Assembly (NCBI GenBank): GCA_003173895.1
Contig: PJMG01000005.1
Span: 18,275-82,274 of the forward strand
Source: Candidatus Levyibacteriota bacterium
GTDB lineage: Bacteria > Patescibacteriota > Microgenomatia > Levybacterales > UBA12049
Length of the DNA: 64,000 nucleotides
Direction: 5' to 3'
Notes under the pieces: model-generated
Seen by the model: the letters and a program-made list of their open reading frames with translations, nothing else
Database searches by the model: none
Told to the model about the DNA's origin: nothing
Shown: positions 9,494 through 19,226 of the stretch, piece by piece
Layout of the letters: each line of letters opens with the position of its first letter
Numbering within the stretch: position 1 is the stretch's first letter
Position numbers and translations under genes: made by a program

Positions 9494-10216
9494 ATGAAAA
9501 TATCTAAAACTATCATGGGTATGCCTTCTACGATTGAAGTTGTAGATCAAAATGCAGAAGAAAAAGATATCCAAAAAGTTTTTAATTATTTTCTAAAAAT
9601 TGATAATCGGTTCAGTACTTATAAAACTGATAGTGAAATTTCTAAAATAAATCGAGGAGAGATTGATTCTAAAAATTATAGTCACGAAATGAAAAAAATT
9701 TTAAAACTTTGTGAGGAAACTAAAAAAGAGACCAATGGATATTTTGATATTAAAATAAACGGAAAATTTGATCCTTCAGGATTAGTAAAGGGATACACAA
9801 TCTTTAATGGAGCAAATTTACTAACCAAATTAGGATATAAAAATTTTTATGTAGAAATAGCTGGAGATATTGAAATAAGAAGTAATAAAAAATGGAAAAT
9901 AGGAATAAAAAATCCTTTTAACACCAGAGAAATTGTTAAAGTTTTAAATTTGACTAATGGTGGTGTTGCTACCTCAGGAAATTACGAAAGGGGAAAACAT
10001 ATTTTAAACCCAATTGAGAAAAATTTAGCAAATGAGATTGCCTCAATAACTATAATTGGCCCAAATGTTTATGAAGCTGATAGAATGGTTACTGCTGCAT
10101 TTGCGATGGGCGAAAAAGGAGTTAATTTTATCGCACATCTTTCCAGTTTTGAATGTTATATGATTAAGAAAGATAAGACAGCAGTTTATACTCCCGGGTT
10201 TGAAAAATATTTATGA
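9494..10216 (+). CDS. apbE: ApbE-family FAD:protein FMN transferase (compact, no signal peptide)
   Basis: N-terminus ...FSTYKTDSEISKINRGE; SGLVKGYTI (GxAKGYA motif); VATSGNYERGKH (VATSGDYER motif); C-terminal HILNPIEKN and IIGPNVYEADRMVTAAFAMG blocks. Confidence 0.7.
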   Translation: MKISKTIMGMPSTIEVVDQNAEEKDIQKVFNYFLKIDNRFSTYKTDSEISKINRGEIDSKNYSHEMKKILKLCEETKKETNGYFDIKINGKFDPSGLVKGYTIFNGANLLTKLGYKNFYVEIAGDIEIRSNKKWKIGIKNPFNTREIVKVLNLTNGGVATSGNYERGKHILNPIEKNLANEIASITIIGPNVYEADRMVTAAFAMGEKGVNFIAHLSSFECYMIKKDKTAVYTPGFEKYL

Positions 10217-11739
10217 AATACATTGATTCTTTTTTAAATAAATTCACAATGTATAAATTTACTATGTATTATTTACTAGTAATAATTGGTATGGCTGTTA
10301 TTTTTAGTTTCTTTAAAATTATACTTTATAATCCTCTAGATATTTTACTTAGTACTATCTTAGCTGTAATTTCTTGTTATATTTTTAATTGGATTTTTTC
10401 TGTGATTTTTAAAGCTCCTACCAGTTCTGATTCTGCTATTATAACAGCATTAATTTTAGTGCTGCTTATTCCTACTAAATTTCCCATGAACGCTACTTTT
10501 ATTTTACTTGCTTCATTTTTAGCCATGGCATCTAAATATTTTGCGACTATAGATAAGCATCACCTTTTTAATCCTGCTGCAGTTTCTTTAGCTGCTATAG
10601 CATTATTATCACCAGAGCATTCAGCTATTTGGTGGGTGGGAACTACTCCTCTCATGCCATTTATAGTGATAGGTGGACTTTTATTAATGAGAAAAATTCA
10701 ACGAGAAAGTATGGTTATTACATTTTTTATATCTTATTTTATTATTTTAGGCGCTATTGCCATTTTTAAAAACGAATCAATTTTAACTCTCTGGCAAAAA
10801 TCTATATTAGAATCTTCACTTTTTTTCTTAGGTTTTGTAATGTTAACAGAACCTTTAACTTCCCCTGCCACTAAAATTAAAAGAATATATTATGCCATTT
10901 TTGTATCTATTCTTTTCGCTACGCCTCAAATTAATTTATTTAATTTTTCTCTAACGCCAGAATTAGCACTTTGTGTAGGAAACGTTTTTTCATATATCAT
11001 AAGTCCGTTTCAAAGACTAGAATTGTTTCTTAAAGAAAAAAGACAAATAGCATATGATACTTACGAGTTCGCATTTGAAAAACCTAAAAAATTTGCTTTT
11101 ATACCGGGACAATATATGGAATGGACATTGCCTCATAATGATGTAGATTTGCGTGGAAATAGACGATATTTTAGTTTGTCTTCTGGTCCTTTGGATAATG
11201 AAATATCAATTGCTGTTCGTTTTTATACTCCCCCGAGTTCTTTTAAGAAAAATTTACTTGATTTAAATGGTGATAAAAAAATAATCGCTTCCCAAGTGGC
11301 TGGAGATTTCACTTTATCTAAAGATTTAGATAAACCACTAGTTTTTATAGCTGGAGGAATAGGTATAGCTCCTTTTAAAAGCATGATTAAAAATATTATG
11401 GATAAAAAATTAAAGGCAAATATTATTTTACTTTATGCTAATCGACATATCGAAGATATTGCTTATAAAAATTTATTGGATCAGGCAGAAAAATTTGGTA
11501 TAAAAACTATTTATACTTTAACAGATGTTAAAAGTACTCCTAAAGATTGGAAGAGTGAAACAGGTTATGTTAATGAAAATTTAATTAAGCGAGAAATTCC
11601 TGATTTTAAAAATAGAATTTTTTATATCTCAGGTCCACAGCTCATGGTAGATAATTTTAAAGAAATTTTAGGAAAGATTGGCGTAAAAAGGAAAAATATA
11701 AAATCAGATTTCTTCCCAGGATATAATGAGAGTAAATAA
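10213..11739 (+). CDS. Fusion of an RnfD/NqrB-like membrane domain to a ferredoxin-NADP reductase-type FAD/NAD(P)H domain
   Basis: N-terminal ~290 aa are polytopic and carry HLFNPAAVSLAAIAL (cf. RnfD NPFNPAMIGYVVLL), ALILVLLIPTKFP, and a candidate flavinylation Thr in LTSPAT. C-terminal domain has RRYFSLSS (RxYS FAD motif), FIAGGIGIAPF (GGxGxxP) and ISGP. Start overlaps the apbE stop by 4 nt. Confidence 0.6.
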   Translation: MKYIDSFLNKFTMYKFTMYYLLVIIGMAVIFSFFKIILYNPLDILLSTILAVISCYIFNWIFSVIFKAPTSSDSAIITALILVLLIPTKFPMNATFILLASFLAMASKYFATIDKHHLFNPAAVSLAAIALLSPEHSAIWWVGTTPLMPFIVIGGLLLMRKIQRESMVITFFISYFIILGAIAIFKNESILTLWQKSILESSLFFLGFVMLTEPLTSPATKIKRIYYAIFVSILFATPQINLFNFSLTPELALCVGNVFSYIISPFQRLELFLKEKRQIAYDTYEFAFEKPKKFAFIPGQYMEWTLPHNDVDLRGNRRYFSLSSGPLDNEISIAVRFYTPPSSFKKNLLDLNGDKKIIASQVAGDFTLSKDLDKPLVFIAGGIGIAPFKSMIKNIMDKKLKANIILLYANRHIEDIAYKNLLDQAEKFGIKTIYTLTDVKSTPKDWKSETGYVNENLIKREIPDFKNRIFYISGPQLMVDNFKEILGKIGVKRKNIKSDFFPGYNESK

Positions 11740-11741
11740 AG

Positions 11742-12686
11742 TTAAATTAGATTTACCGAAGATTGCTTAATATAATTTTCCGCAGCTTGTATAAAATTAC
11801 CTCTTAATAGTTCTTCTCCATGTCTTAATGCTTGACCTGCTACCTGTGCCATACCCATAAGCTGAGTAGGTATATCAAAATCATCAGTACTATGGAAACC
11901 TTCATGTTGAGGCCATTTCCAGGAGATTTCTGGTTCAAAATGAGCAGTAGTATAAATACCAACTAAGGGATTAATTCCTTGATCCTTATTTTTAAATCTT
12001 AAAATATGATCTGCGCTAGATTTTCTAATAAAATCATCTCTAATTCTTTCAGAAAAAGTATTTGTATTTAAATAATCATATAACCAAGATCTTTTGCCAG
12101 AATTATCAACTTGCCAGTGAATTAAGGGAACTATCTCATTTTGCGAAGAGGGATTAAGTAAATTCTTTGTCATAAGATGCTCTCTTAAAAAATCTAATTG
12201 TTTCATTAAAATGCCCCAAAATGGACCCATTTTACTGTGTTGTTTGCGTAATAACTGTGTTTCCAAAGTTTGATTTTTAATGTTTAATATTCTACCCCAA
12301 TCTTTTATAGCATCATATGCCTCATCTGTGTCCCCAAACGGAGCTATGGCAGATAATAATTGACCAAATTCTTTAGGAGATAGTCCTTTATTTAAGATTC
12401 CAAAGAATTCTGTAACTTGAGTGTCAGAGTGATAAATAGAATAAAAATGGATAGGAGCATTTCCGATAGAAAAATCACTAAGATGAGGTCTACCTCTCTT
12501 TTCTTCTAGTGTTGTGCCTAAAAGTTGATTGGCTGAAATAGGAGGAATAGCTGAGATAGTCTCTGTTGAATAACTTTTTTCATTTTCTGGCATAGCAATA
12601 TTGGGCATTTTATCAAAAAATATAAAATTAAAGCAAATTTTATTTTTCCTCCTGCAATTATGTCTAAAATATTTCATTATATTCAC
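11742..12686 (-). CDS. Hypothetical protein
   Basis: 314-aa ORF. Confidence 0.45.
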   Translation of the reverse strand: MNIMKYFRHNCRRKNKICFNFIFFDKMPNIAMPENEKSYSTETISAIPPISANQLLGTTLEEKRGRPHLSDFSIGNAPIHFYSIYHSDTQVTEFFGILNKGLSPKEFGQLLSAIAPFGDTDEAYDAIKDWGRILNIKNQTLETQLLRKQHSKMGPFWGILMKQLDFLREHLMTKNLLNPSSQNEIVPLIHWQVDNSGKRSWLYDYLNTNTFSERIRDDFIRKSSADHILRFKNKDQGINPLVGIYTTAHFEPEISWKWPQHEGFHSTDDFDIPTQLMGMAQVAGQALRHGEELLRGNFIQAAENYIKQSSVNLI

Positions 12687-12753
12687 TAAATTAAAAAATG
12701 CAATTTTATGTTTATAAATAGTTGAATATATACGAATTCCTATTTACAAATAT

Positions 12754-13254
12754 TTGTATTATGAGTATATTATTCCTATGGATGATAATAAGATTGACGA
12801 AAAAGTAGTGGATGGTGAAATAGTAAATGAGAATTTAAGTCAAACTACTGAATCTACTTTAACTGAAGATAATTCTACAGTAATCTCTAGTTTAGACGAA
12901 ATGATAAAATTGAATTTTAAGCGCATTGGTGAATTAGCAGCTGAGCAAAAACAAGCTAAAGATATGATCGAAGATGCTTTAGCCGGAAGTGAAAATTATA
13001 AAAACGCATCTGAAAAAGCTCAAGAATCTACTAACGAAAAAAATTCAGTTAAAAAAACACTTCAAAGTACTCCTGAGATGTTAAATCTTTTAAATAAATT
13101 AAAAGAAATAGCTTCAGAATTAAAAGAGAAAAAACTAGCTCTTTCTGACTATGTTCTGGAATATCAAAGACTTTCTGGCGCTACGGAAGTAGATCTCGGA
13201 AATGGTGAAGTTATGCAAATAGAAAATAGCGCTAAGTTAGTAAAGAGAAAATAA
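12754..13254 (+). CDS. Hypothetical acidic coiled-coil protein
   Basis: 166-aa ORF. Confidence 0.45.
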   Translation: MYYEYIIPMDDNKIDEKVVDGEIVNENLSQTTESTLTEDNSTVISSLDEMIKLNFKRIGELAAEQKQAKDMIEDALAGSENYKNASEKAQESTNEKNSVKKTLQSTPEMLNLLNKLKEIASELKEKKLALSDYVLEYQRLSGATEVDLGNGEVMQIENSAKLVKRK

Positions 13255-13260
13255 TTTTTT

Positions 13261-14187
13261 ATGGCTAATCCAGAAGATCCAAATTTAACAGGTGGCACTC
13301 CTCCGAAAGATAGTGAAATAACTGCAGAAACATTGCCTGGTTTTGATCAGTTCCTTGACATGTATGTTAATGCTGCTAACCTAATTATAGGTTTTGCAGA
13401 AGCAAGTGGAGTAGAATTAGAAGATTTTCCACCTGGAATAGTAATAATTACAGATCTGGATCTTTTTAAAGATATAAGAGGTTTAACTGAAGGGAGTGTA
13501 TACAATCCATCAGCGCGGGCTCTAATAATTTCTGCTGAAAGTATAAAACACGCTGCAGATCCTAATGAAGATCACAGGTATGATCTTAGTGTGGCTAGAT
13601 TACTCTCAGATGAATTAACACATGCTGCTAGTACAAAAAAGCTAGACGACTCCACAATTCAATCTGGATTTGCTTTTTTTACACCAAGTTCTCAACCTAG
13701 AACTCCGAATAAATATAAATTCTATAATGAAAGAGATTATGGTAAATATCGCGAATGGTTAGGACTCGCTCCTCAATCGCCCGTAAAACTATCAGAAAGA
13801 AAAAAAAGTCTAACTGATAAAGAAAATTACACTGAAAGATTAACAAATCTAATTGCGGAATACCTTTTGGGAGGTATTGATGATTATTATTTATATGATA
13901 AGGAAGATAGTGGAACTATGATGCTTTATAGCTTAGATGATAATCATCAAAGAATTTCAGGAGATGAATTCATTTTTAAAATTGATCATAGTATTAATGG
14001 TAAAACTCATGTGGAGTGTCTAGAAGATGCTTTTAAAGCTTTAACTAGTGGAGATATAGATGCGCTAGAGAAGATATATTTATCTGGTCGTAATCGTGAC
14101 GGTTCTCCCAGAATAGATAACCTTAAAAATTTATTAGGGCATTATAATTTAACGCGCAGGGTTCCTGTCCAAAGAAGGAGCAATTAA
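13261..14187 (+). CDS. Hypothetical protein
   Basis: 308-aa ORF. Confidence 0.45.
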   Translation: MANPEDPNLTGGTPPKDSEITAETLPGFDQFLDMYVNAANLIIGFAEASGVELEDFPPGIVIITDLDLFKDIRGLTEGSVYNPSARALIISAESIKHAADPNEDHRYDLSVARLLSDELTHAASTKKLDDSTIQSGFAFFTPSSQPRTPNKYKFYNERDYGKYREWLGLAPQSPVKLSERKKSLTDKENYTERLTNLIAEYLLGGIDDYYLYDKEDSGTMMLYSLDDNHQRISGDEFIFKIDHSINGKTHVECLEDAFKALTSGDIDALEKIYLSGRNRDGSPRIDNLKNLLGHYNLTRRVPVQRRSN

Positions 14188-14192
14188 AAATT

Positions 14193-14822
14193 CTAGATTT
14201 TCCCTCTCATTTTATTTTCATTTCTTATCTCTTTGGAAATAATTTTTAGATTTTGATCCAATGTATAAACATATACTTCGCCTAAGCCTATTTCTAAATT
14301 AGAAATGTCAGAATCTGAGATATTTTCTAAATATTTAACTATACAGCGAATGGCATTTCCTGATGAAACCATAATGACATTTTTATCTTCTTTTAAAAGC
14401 GGTTCGATATTTGATTTATAATATGGAATTTCACGATCATAAACATCTTTTAAAGTTTCTCCCTTTGGAATTGGGACATTCCAACCTCGTCTGATTTCAT
14501 GGAATTTTTCTTCTCCTACTTCTTTTTCTATTTCCCATTTATTTTTTCCAGTAAAATCTCCATAATTTCTTTCATTTATAGCTCTAGAAATTGTAATAGG
14601 AATTTGTTGATTAATGGTTTGCTCTATTATTTCTAAAGTATGTTTAGCTCTGATTAAATCCGAAACAAAAGCTTGATCAAATTTAATGTCCTTTATTTGC
14701 TTACCTGCATTTTTAGCTTCTTCTATACCCTGCTGATTTAAATCAGGATCAGCCCAGCCGGTCCAAAGGCCTTTTTCATTATATTCTGAAGTTCCATGTC
14801 GTACTAAAACTAATTTTGCCAT
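14193..14822 (-). CDS. gpmA: 2,3-bisphosphoglycerate-dependent phosphoglycerate mutase
   Basis: LVLVRHGTSEYNEKGLWTGWAD (RHGxSxWN His-phosphatase motif); 209 aa. Lies immediately downstream of eno on the same strand. Confidence 0.85.
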   Translation of the reverse strand: MAKLVLVRHGTSEYNEKGLWTGWADPDLNQQGIEEAKNAGKQIKDIKFDQAFVSDLIRAKHTLEIIEQTINQQIPITISRAINERNYGDFTGKNKWEIEKEVGEEKFHEIRRGWNVPIPKGETLKDVYDREIPYYKSNIEPLLKEDKNVIMVSSGNAIRCIVKYLENISDSDISNLEIGLGEVYVYTLDQNLKIISKEIRNENKMRGKI

Positions 14823-14823
14823 A

Positions 14824-16206
14824 TTACTTTTTTAATAAATTTTCTATTTCTAATAATCTATTATATTTTGCTATTCGTTCTCCCCTATTAGGTGCGCCAA
14901 ATTTTACCATATCACTGTTAGTTCCTACGGCTAAATCCGCGATAAAACTATCATTAGTTTCTCCGCTTCTATGAGAAATTATAGTTTTAATATTGTTATT
15001 TTGACACAATTTAATCGCTTCCAAAGTTTCTGTCAAAGTTCCTATTTGATTTAATTTTATTAGGACTGAATTAATAGCTTTTTCATCAATGGCCTTTTGA
15101 ATTCGTTTAAGATTAGTAGTTACTAAATCATCACCTACGATTATAAATCTATTTCCAATAGCATTAGTTAAGTCTGACCAATTTTGCCAGGCATCTTGAT
15201 CAAAGATATCTTCTAACAAGGAAATAGGATAATTATTAGCCCAGGCTATAATTTTTTGTTGCCACTCAGTTGCTGAGACAACTTTATTATTCTCACTTTT
15301 TAAAACATAATTATTATTTTGGTAAAATTCTGAGGCTGCTGCATCTACTCCGATAGTAAAATCTTCATTTAATTTATAATCTGCTTTTTCGACTGCTTGC
15401 ATAATTAAATCTAAAGCTTCTTCATTGGATTTTAATTCTTTAGGGCAGAATGCTCCTTCAAAACCTACACCGGTAGAATATTTTTTTTCTTCTAAAATAG
15501 TTTCAAGTGTTTTATAGATTTTTATAATGGCTTGAATTTTTGAATTAAAATTTGAAAATTTCTCTAAATTAGGAATTATGGAATATTCTTGAATATCAGT
15601 AACCCAATTACCATGTTTTCCACCACAGATAAGGACAGATAGAGGGTTTGGAATCTTGAAATTAGTAGCGGCTTCGCGAGCGTTAGCCGATTCGGTCTGA
15701 GCCTCACGGTCGAAGACGTGGTGATCTTTTAGAGATTGCTCCTGCCCGCTAACGCCTGAGCGTAGCTCTGGCAGGCGGGTCGTCGTTTCACTATTCGCAA
15801 CGACGTATATATATTCAAATAGTTCTAGATTTTGTGATTTAGCAGCAGCTCTGGCGACGCTTAAAGATACAGATAAAATAGCATTTGCTCCTAAATTTGA
15901 TTTATTTTCTGTACCATCCAAATTTATCATGATTTCATCGATTCCTTTTTGATTTTCTACATTTTGTCCTACTAATGCCTGAGTAATTTTAGTGTTCACA
16001 TTTTCTACTGCTTTTAAAACACTTCTCCCTTGAAAGTTATTTGGGTCATTGTCTCGCAGTTCTAAAGCTTCATATTTCCCAGTAGAAGTTCCAGAAGGAA
16101 CAGAAGCAATGGATATAATCCCATTTTCTAAGATAACTGTGATTTGAATTGTTGGGTTAGCATTACTGTCTAAAATCTGAGTTGCTTGAATATTTTTAAT
16201 TTTCAT
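14824..16206 (-). CDS. eno: Enolase, carrying a ~45-aa in-frame insertion
   Basis: N-terminus IQATQILDSNANPTIQI; GVDAAASEFY; IVGDDLVTTN; ISHRSGETNDSFIADLAVG. At 460 aa it is longer than typical enolases because of an insertion between the FEYIY and IPNPLSVLICGG blocks. Confidence 0.9.
   Translation of the reverse strand: MKIKNIQATQILDSNANPTIQITVILENGIISIASVPSGTSTGKYEALELRDNDPNNFQGRSVLKAVENVNTKITQALVGQNVENQKGIDEIMINLDGTENKSNLGANAILSVSLSVARAAAKSQNLELFEYIYVVANSETTTRLPELRSGVSGQEQSLKDHHVFDREAQTESANAREAATNFKIPNPLSVLICGGKHGNWVTDIQEYSIIPNLEKFSNFNSKIQAIIKIYKTLETILEEKKYSTGVGFEGAFCPKELKSNEEALDLIMQAVEKADYKLNEDFTIGVDAAASEFYQNNNYVLKSENNKVVSATEWQQKIIAWANNYPISLLEDIFDQDAWQNWSDLTNAIGNRFIIVGDDLVTTNLKRIQKAIDEKAINSVLIKLNQIGTLTETLEAIKLCQNNNIKTIISHRSGETNDSFIADLAVGTNSDMVKFGAPNRGERIAKYNRLLEIENLLKK
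15667..15805 (-). repeat. GC-rich, hairpin-rich in-frame insertion inside eno (RPE-like palindromic element)
   Basis: A ~138-nt stretch of >55% GC in a ~30% GC gene. Contains nested inverted repeats (cgtcgtt...aacgacg; cccgc...gcggg; gcctg...caggc) and keeps the reading frame (46 codons). Confidence 0.55.
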
Positions 16207-16267
16207 GCAAGTATATTGTATATTAAAACTAAATATATTTAAATTATTGACTTTAATCTAAATTATT

Positions 16268-16720
16268 TTGTATATTAATATTATGGCAAAAGAGTTTCCT
16301 CATATTCCAGGAGTAACCCAAGAAAATTATTTTGAAGTAGTTAAAGATACTTTATCAGGTAGAGATATAATTATTCAAGCTGACGCTAGTACTCCAGGAG
16401 CGATTCTGGATACAGTTGTAGAAATGGATCCTAATCTGCTGCCGACAGATACCATATATAAAATTGATGATGGTGGGAAAGTGATCATTATGGATCAAAG
16501 TGGTAATACTTTAGATGGTCTTTTAGCCACCGATATACCAGATTCTTCAAATACTCCTGCAGACAACTTTGGAGAGACACATGTGACAGGATATATTAAC
16601 AACAATAAGATTGATCAACATATTATTACTAATGCAGTTCAACCGGATAAATCCTTAACTTTTCCTATGAAACCACCAGTTACATTCAGAAGACCTGCAG
16701 TAAAACCTCAAATCCCTTAA
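16268..16720 (+). CDS. Hypothetical protein
   Basis: 150-aa ORF. A candidate promoter TTGACT-N17-GTATAT lies ~25 nt upstream. Confidence 0.45.
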   Translation: MYINIMAKEFPHIPGVTQENYFEVVKDTLSGRDIIIQADASTPGAILDTVVEMDPNLLPTDTIYKIDDGGKVIIMDQSGNTLDGLLATDIPDSSNTPADNFGETHVTGYINNNKIDQHIITNAVQPDKSLTFPMKPPVTFRRPAVKPQIP

Positions 16721-16763
16721 AATAACTCTACAATTAAGCTCGAAATTCATATATTATTATTCT

Positions 16764-19223
16764 ATGGATGAGAAGCTATTAAATACAGATCCTGAAAAAG
16801 GTTTATCATCAAATGAAGTTAATAAAAGAATTGCTCTTTATGGCAAAAATATAGTTCTAAAAAAGAAAAGATTTAAACCATTTTTCGAATTTCTACAGAT
16901 TCTGCTTAGTCCACTTATTTTTCTTTTAATTGGTGCTAGTCTTATTTCTGCTGCAGCAGGAGACAAAATAGATTTTTTTATCATTCTCGCGATTATTTTA
17001 GTTAGTGGCACCGTTTCATATTTTCAGAAGTCAAAAGCAGAACATGAAGCTGAAAAACTAAAACAAAAAGTTTCCGTTCAAACTACAGTTTTAAGAGACA
17101 ACGCTAAAAAGGAAATTCCAATAGTGGATTTAGTGGTAGGAGATATTGTATTTCTTAGCGTGGGTGATTTGGTTCCTGCAGACTGTAAAATTTTAACTTC
17201 TAAAAGTTTAAGTATAGATGAAAGCACTTTAACTGGTGAATCTTTCCCTAAAGATAAAAATAAGAATGATATCGCTTTTATGGGAACCAATATTCTTTCT
17301 GGTGAAGGAGTGGTTGTAGTGGATGCCACAGGCAGACAAACCAGATTTGCAATGCTTTCTAAAGAAATTATAAAACCTAAACCTCCAACTGCATTTGATT
17401 TAGGACTTAAAAACATCTCTATTTTAATAGTTAAATTTGTAATAGTGATGTCGATAGTAGTCTTTGCAGCCAATTCTATTCTTCATGGTAATATTCTACA
17501 GTCACTTCTCTTTGCATTAGCCATAGCTGTAGGGATTACTCCTGAAATGTTACCGATAATTTTAACTATTAATCTTTCCAAAGGCGCAGTAAGAATGGAA
17601 AAAAAAGATGTAGTTATAAAATATTTACCCGCGATTCAGAATTTAGGCGGAATGAATATTTTATGTACAGATAAAACTGGAACTATAACAGAAGGAGATA
17701 TAAAACTCCAAGGTTTTGAAAATTATAAAGCAGATCAGGATACAAATATTTTTGATTTTTGTTTTTTAAATAGTTATTTTCAATCAGGGTTTAAAAATCC
17801 TCTGGATGGCGCAATATTGGAAAATAAAGCGGATTTTAAACTAAATTTAAATGAGTTTAAACTAGTCGATGAAATTCCTTTTGATTTTGAAAGAAAAAGA
17901 TTATCTATTGTTCTTTCTCAAAAAAAGAAGAATATTTTAATAACTAAAGGTTCAGTAATTCCAGTTCTGGAAAAATGTACATCAGTTTTAGAGAAAAATA
18001 AAAATGTAAAATTAACTGAAAATATTAGAAAAAAACTTCTTAAGAGATATCAGGATTTAAGTAAAAAAGGATTTAGAGTTATCGCTATTGCTAAAAAAAA
18101 TATCGCATATAAAAAAACATATGAAGAAAAAGATGAAAGTAGTTTAGAATTTTTAGGATTTATTTACTTTTTCGATCCTATTAAAAAATCAGTTAAAGAA
18201 ACACTAAAAGCATTAGAAAAAAATAAAATAGAAATAAAAATTTTAACTGGCGATAATGAGTTTGCCTCACGTACAATCTGTGAAAACGCTGGGCTTAAAG
18301 TAAATAATATTATTAATGGAAGTGATTTTGAAAAATTGACTTCAGTAGAAAAATTAAAAACAGCACTTGAAACTACGATTTTTACCAGACTGACACCTGA
18401 GCAAAAAGCAGAAATAATAAATGTGCTTAAAAATGCCGGAAAAACTGTTGGTTACTTAGGCGATGGAATTAATGATGCTCCTCCTCTTAAAAATGCTGAT
18501 GTAGGGATCTCTGTTAGTAACGGTGCAGATATAGCTTTGGATATAGCCGATGTAGTTTTAATGCAAAAGAGTTTGCATGTTTTAAATGCTGGCGTAGAAG
18601 AAGGAAGAAAAACTCATATAAATATTTTTAAATATTTAATGATGGAAATTTCTTCTAATTTTGGTAACATGATAACAGTTTCTATTGCTTCATTTCTCTT
18701 GCCATTTATTCCTATGCTACCCACTCAAATTCTGTTAAATAATTTTCTTTACGATGTCTCCCAATTTGCCATCGCTACAGATCATGTAGATTCCGAATTA
18801 CTTTTAGAACCTAAAAAATGGAATATAAATTTCATAAAAAAGTTCATGCTACTTTTTGGCAGCATTAGCTCTATTTTCGATTTCATAACATTTTTTACTT
18901 TATTCTATTTTCTACATTTTACTATTGGTTCATTTAGAACAGGATGGTTTATAGAAAGTTTACTAACTCAAACTCTAATTATTTTTAGTATTAGAACTGC
19001 CAGAAGTCCTTTTATAAAAAGTTTACCTTCGAAAACTCTTGTTTTCAGTTCGATAATTGTTATTTTAATAGGAATATTTATTACTTTCCCACCCATTGGT
19101 CATTATTTCTCATTTTCTGTGATGCCTGCCATTTTCTACCCCCTGCTAGCGTTAATAACTGTTTGTTATTTTGTAATAGTTGAGATTGTTAAAGGTAGAT
19201 TTTATAGAGTTAATAGGCTGTAA
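16764..19223 (+). CDS. Cation-transporting P-type ATPase (P2/P3-type, Ca2+/Mg2+-like)
   Basis: DKTGTITEG phosphorylation motif; PEMLPII in TM4; TGDN; GDGINDAPPLKNADVGISV; 819 aa. Confidence 0.85.
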   Translation: MDEKLLNTDPEKGLSSNEVNKRIALYGKNIVLKKKRFKPFFEFLQILLSPLIFLLIGASLISAAAGDKIDFFIILAIILVSGTVSYFQKSKAEHEAEKLKQKVSVQTTVLRDNAKKEIPIVDLVVGDIVFLSVGDLVPADCKILTSKSLSIDESTLTGESFPKDKNKNDIAFMGTNILSGEGVVVVDATGRQTRFAMLSKEIIKPKPPTAFDLGLKNISILIVKFVIVMSIVVFAANSILHGNILQSLLFALAIAVGITPEMLPIILTINLSKGAVRMEKKDVVIKYLPAIQNLGGMNILCTDKTGTITEGDIKLQGFENYKADQDTNIFDFCFLNSYFQSGFKNPLDGAILENKADFKLNLNEFKLVDEIPFDFERKRLSIVLSQKKKNILITKGSVIPVLEKCTSVLEKNKNVKLTENIRKKLLKRYQDLSKKGFRVIAIAKKNIAYKKTYEEKDESSLEFLGFIYFFDPIKKSVKETLKALEKNKIEIKILTGDNEFASRTICENAGLKVNNIINGSDFEKLTSVEKLKTALETTIFTRLTPEQKAEIINVLKNAGKTVGYLGDGINDAPPLKNADVGISVSNGADIALDIADVVLMQKSLHVLNAGVEEGRKTHINIFKYLMMEISSNFGNMITVSIASFLLPFIPMLPTQILLNNFLYDVSQFAIATDHVDSELLLEPKKWNINFIKKFMLLFGSISSIFDFITFFTLFYFLHFTIGSFRTGWFIESLLTQTLIIFSIRTARSPFIKSLPSKTLVFSSIIVILIGIFITFPPIGHYFSFSVMPAIFYPLLALITVCYFVIVEIVKGRFYRVNRL

Positions 19224-19226
19224 AAT

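Noticed and set aside
14824-16206. Considered an intein or a frameshift in enolase
   Set aside because: The extra segment is only ~46 codons (too short for an intein). It stays in frame with conserved enolase blocks on both sides, and there is no Cys/Ser...HN splice junction.
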